Part shown: positions 61,385-64,000 of the stretch, one piece after another
How positions within the stretch are numbered: the stretch's first letter is position 1
How the letters are laid out: every line of letters starts with the position of its first letter
Assembly: GCA_964593885.1 (NCBI GenBank)
Contig: CAZQKK010000001.1
Span: 24,066 to 88,065 of the forward strand
From: an uncultured Candidatus Saccharibacteria bacterium
GTDB lineage: Bacteria; Patescibacteriota; UBA1384; CAILIB01
Direction: 5' to 3'
DNA length: 64,000 nucleotides
The notes under the pieces: model-generated
The model's input: only the letters and a program-made list of their open reading frames with translations
Database searches by the model: none
Told to the model about the DNA's origin: nothing
Program-made: the position numbers and the translations under genes

Positions 61385-61780
61385 CTACTTGAATGCCCAG
61401 AACTTACTCCAACCATAGTTCCAGAAGAACACCACAGCTACAGCTATGAGCTTGGCCTGGAATGCGGTGAGCTGGAAGAGATCAACGTGGAAGAGGTGAA
61501 TAATCAGCTCGGTAATCGCAAGTCCCCCCAGTGAGATGAGGGCGTACTTCACGTACCTAGATGTAGTGTGTTCAGTTTTAAAGACAAACCTCCCATTCAT
61601 TGCAAAGCCAATGCTGAGCCCTAGGAGAAAACCAAGTGCCGTTGCTACATAGACGTTAACCCCAATAACCACCAGAATCTTGAAAAGAGCGAGGTCTGAA
61701 AGCGTACTCACCACCCCAACGCCTGCAAACTTTACAATAGACCTCTCAAATACCCACTGGAGACTGGCTGGTTTAGACAT
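61385..61780 (-). CDS. GtrA-family membrane protein (polysaccharide synthesis/translocation associated)
   Basis: 131 aa with 4 TM helices. KFAGVGVVSTLSDLALF...NGRFVFK...FFWNYGWSKFWAF fits the GtrA pattern. Confidence 0.6.
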   Translation of the reverse strand: MSKPASLQWVFERSIVKFAGVGVVSTLSDLALFKILVVIGVNVYVATALGFLLGLSIGFAMNGRFVFKTEHTTSRYVKYALISLGGLAITELIIHLFHVDLFQLTAFQAKLIAVAVVFFWNYGWSKFWAFK

Positions 61781-61825
61781 GGTCTGATAGTAGCATGCAC
61801 CAGTTATGAGCTACAATGTACCCAT

Positions 61826-62980
61826 ATGCTGATGAAGGCACTGCCAGACCACCCGTTTTTCCGCGCTCCAACGCGTGTTTCTCGTGTCTACCCAGTTCTT
61901 GCCCTAGTGCTCATGCTCGTGGGAAGTGGTGCTCTCTACCGGTGGCAACTCACCCAAGTTAATGCTGACAGTGCTGTTCAGCAGCGAGATAGGACTATTG
62001 CCTCGCTCCAGCTTGAGGTAGATTCTCTCAAAGCCCAGCAGAGCCTCGATCAGACTGAGCTCAAGGAAAAACGTCAGGCACTTGAAAGTGCTACCACCAA
62101 ACTTACTACTGTTGAGAGTGAGCTTTCAGCTAAGTTGAGCCAGCTTGCCGAGAAGGAAAAGACACTCGCTGAAGCTCAGGTAAAACTGAAACAGCAGGAG
62201 TCACAGCTTTCTAGCAACTCAACTGAACTTGAGAAGCTCCGTAACCGCCCTCCCCTCTTCAGCTTCCAGAACAAGTCGTCACAGACCAACCTCGAGAGCC
62301 AGCAGGCAGAGCTAAAAGAAGTAGTCACCAACGCCTACGATTACATCCAGGAGCTCTACGGCAAACCCTACCTCCTCAACCAAATCACCATTACCTTTGT
62401 AGACTCTTTCACCATCTCAGGAGCATCGGGAGAGATTAGCATTGAGAACGGGCCTAGCGGTATCAGTATCGACATCCACCTCAAGAGCTTCAGCAAGAGC
62501 AGCTTCCAAGATGTTAACACCATCATCCACGAGGTCATCCACGGCTTCCATGGTGTTGCAGTCCTGGAGGCATCAGCACTTGAAGAGGGTATCACCGTCG
62601 CTGCAACCGATGCGGTAATGGAGCGAATGATCGCTGACGGGAAGCTCCCTAAGTTCAGCAACCTCTACATCATTCTCAGCCAGGCACAGTACAACTCCTG
62701 GAATACCAGCATCGATATTCCCGATGCAGCAGAGGCATTCTACGGGAGTAGCGACATTTCAAAAATCTACCAGATCATTGGTAAGGCATGGTTTAACCTC
62801 TACCGGGAGGACCCAAACTTCTTCAAGAAGTTTAACGATGCCTACTACCCCAGTATCCAATCGGGCAACGTTGCGACAACCAGCTTCGTAAAGGGTAAGA
62901 TTGAGAGTGTTATCTCTAACGTGCAGGGTAATCCTATAGCAACCTACCTCAGCCAGAACAGCGCCTTCAATCCCAAATGA
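61826..62980 (+). CDS. Membrane-anchored protein with a coiled-coil region and a C-terminal putative zinc-metallopeptidase domain (HExxH)
   Basis: N-terminal TM VYPVLALVLMLVGSGALY. Coiled coil (LQLEVDSLKAQQSLDQTELKEKRQALESATTKLTTVESELSAKLSQLAEKEKTLAEAQVKLKQQESQ). The HEVIH motif sits in IIHEVIHGFHG. Confidence 0.5.
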   Translation: MLMKALPDHPFFRAPTRVSRVYPVLALVLMLVGSGALYRWQLTQVNADSAVQQRDRTIASLQLEVDSLKAQQSLDQTELKEKRQALESATTKLTTVESELSAKLSQLAEKEKTLAEAQVKLKQQESQLSSNSTELEKLRNRPPLFSFQNKSSQTNLESQQAELKEVVTNAYDYIQELYGKPYLLNQITITFVDSFTISGASGEISIENGPSGISIDIHLKSFSKSSFQDVNTIIHEVIHGFHGVAVLEASALEEGITVAATDAVMERMIADGKLPKFSNLYIILSQAQYNSWNTSIDIPDAAEAFYGSSDISKIYQIIGKAWFNLYREDPNFFKKFNDAYYPSIQSGNVATTSFVKGKIESVISNVQGNPIATYLSQNSAFNPK

Positions 62981-64000
62981 GCACTGCACCCCAGCAAGCA
63001 GCTAACCCAAACGATAACCCAAAACGCTACTCGCGTTTCTGGTTTAGGTTCTTTGAGATTGTTCCTGGAGCATCCGTCTGGATCTGTCTCATCGCCCCCT
63101 TCATCCTCTCCTACTACACCCCTCTCTGGGTCACCATCTTCATCATCCTCTTTGATGTCTACTGGCTCCTTCGCTCCCTCGGCTATGGAAAGATCTTGCT
63201 CAAGGGTTACAAGCGGCTCAAGACTAACATTGAAACAGATTGGCTTGCCAAACTTAAAGCTCTTGAATCACTGAGCCAAGATGAGATGGATAAGCTTGGC
63301 ATTTTTGACTGGCGCGATCTCTACCATGCCGTACTCATTCCAACCTACACAGAAGACCTTCCTACCCTCCAGAAAAATATCGATTCCCTCCTGGAGTGTG
63401 AGTACCCCAAGGATCGCGTTATTGTTGTCCTCGCAACAGAGGAGCGAGCTGGCGAATCATCACAGAAAATTGCTGCTGCTCTTCTTAAGAAGTATGAGGG
63501 AGCTTTCTTCAAGTTTATTGTCACCTCCCACCCAGATGGCATTATTGGCGAAGTAAAGGCAAAGGGAGCAAACGCTAGCTGGGCCGCCCGTCAACTCACC
63601 CGCTTCATTAAAGGCGAGCACATCCCCTACGACCACGTCATAGTATCCACTGCCGATGCAGACTCCAGGTACCACCAGCAGTACCTATCAAGCCTCTCCT
63701 ACTACTACCTCACAACCCCTGATAGGGTGAGGGCATGTTTCCAACCGGTAGCAATGTACTTCAACAACATCTGGGAGGCACCGATGCTCTCGCGGGTGAT
63801 GGCATTTGGAACAACCTTCTGGCAGCTCATTGAGTCAATCAGAGACTACCGCCTCATTACCTTTTCAACCCACTCAACCAGCCTGCAAACCTTGGTTGAA
63901 ACAGACTACTGGTGCACCTCAATTGTTAACGAAGATTCGCGCCAGTTCTTCAGGGCCTACTTCCACTACCGCGGCCAGTTTAGGGTTATCCCCCTCTTCA
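62977..64000 (+). CDS. Family-2 glycosyltransferase (processive, cellulose-synthase-like), 5' partial; continues beyond the window end
   Basis: Open frame from ATG 62977 (ATGA overlap with the upstream stop) to the window edge, missed by the ORF track because there is no stop. N-terminal TM helices. VLIPTYTEDLPTLQKNIDSLLECEYPKDRVIVVLATEE, DxD-like STADADS, and NEDSRQFFRAY (ED plus a QxxRW-like motif). Confidence 0.65.
   Translation, partial: MSTAPQQAANPNDNPKRYSRFWFRFFEIVPGASVWICLIAPFILSYYTPLWVTIFIILFDVYWLLRSLGYGKILLKGYKRLKTNIETDWLAKLKALESLSQDEMDKLGIFDWRDLYHAVLIPTYTEDLPTLQKNIDSLLECEYPKDRVIVVLATEERAGESSQKIAAALLKKYEGAFFKFIVTSHPDGIIGEVKAKGANASWAARQLTRFIKGEHIPYDHVIVSTADADSRYHQQYLSSLSYYYLTTPDRVRACFQPVAMYFNNIWEAPMLSRVMAFGTTFWQLIESIRDYRLITFSTHSTSLQTLVETDYWCTSIVNEDSRQFFRAYFHYRGQFRVIPLF

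Noticed and set aside
1-64000. Diversity-generating retroelement, integrase-bounded island, or restriction-modification/defence operon (RT, integrase, Cas, DNA MTase)
   Set aside because: No ORF in the window shows reverse-transcriptase YxDD, tyrosine or serine recombinase, Cas, or DNA-methyltransferase (DPPY/NPPY plus FxGxG) motifs. The only mobile-element signals are the LAGLIDADG-like ORF and tRNA-end repeats.

Overview
This 64 kb window comes from a compact bacterial genome with about 52% GC, tight gene packing, ATGA/TAATG start-stop overlaps and mostly SD-less or leaderless starts. RNase Y-YmdB, HU, SmpB, anaerobic NrdDG and a eukaryote-type class I aldolase suggest a small-genome Gram-positive-like or CPR/Patescibacteria organism, but that is inference only. 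The standard genetic code fits.

The first 23 kb is two tandem minus-strand giant surface-protein genes. Gene A (7294..23250) encodes 5318 aa: a signal peptide, about 20 BNR/Asp-box repeats (SSDYGATWT) arranged in three beta-propeller blocks, a fourth propeller-like block and long Gly/Thr/Ser-rich repeat modules. Gene B (<1..7290) is partial, over 2400 aa, and was missed by the ORF track because it has no stop codon inside the window. It has an N-terminal membrane anchor, two LamG/concanavalin-like domains and tandem ~115-aa beta-helix-like repeats. Gene A has its own near-consensus promoter that gives a leaderless mRNA.

Directly upstream on the same strand, behind an intrinsic terminator, is a seven-gene set. 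It comprises a REC-only response regulator, a sensor histidine kinase, a MacB/FtsX-type ABC transporter (ATPase plus permease), a secreted protein with about six FN3 domains, and a TPR membrane protein. A divergent PAS-containing pseudo-histidine-kinase has degenerate H-box and G2 box. I read this sensing/export/scaffold module plus the giant adhesin-like proteins as the most likely candidate for a novel cell-surface system.

The middle of the window is housekeeping: holA-like, a nucleotidyltransferase, smpB, an AI-2E transporter, hup, ymdB and rny. It also holds a tRNA hotspot with eight tRNAs (Arg-CCU, Pro, Gly, His, Arg-UCG, Arg-UCU, Lys, Glu). That hotspot contains an AT-rich ORF with an HTH and a LAGLIDADG-like motif whose reading frame runs 21 nt into tRNA-Gly. 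It also has att-like direct repeats of the tRNA-His and tRNA-Glu 3' ends, recurring hairpins with a TTC loop upstream of tRNA genes, and a lower-GC pair (PRTase-like protein plus SAM methyltransferase).

The last third holds a Bacillus-like tapA-sipW-tasA-type operon (two TasA/camelysin-like proteins flanking a SipW signal peptidase). It is followed by arsR divergent from nrdDG with a perfect 10-bp inverted repeat over the promoter, class I fba, pyrD, a lipoprotein with a consensus promoter, a second TCS plus MacB-like ABC cassette, GtrA, an HExxH membrane protein and a partial GT2 glycosyltransferase. I found no CRISPR array, rRNA, reverse transcriptase or integrase.
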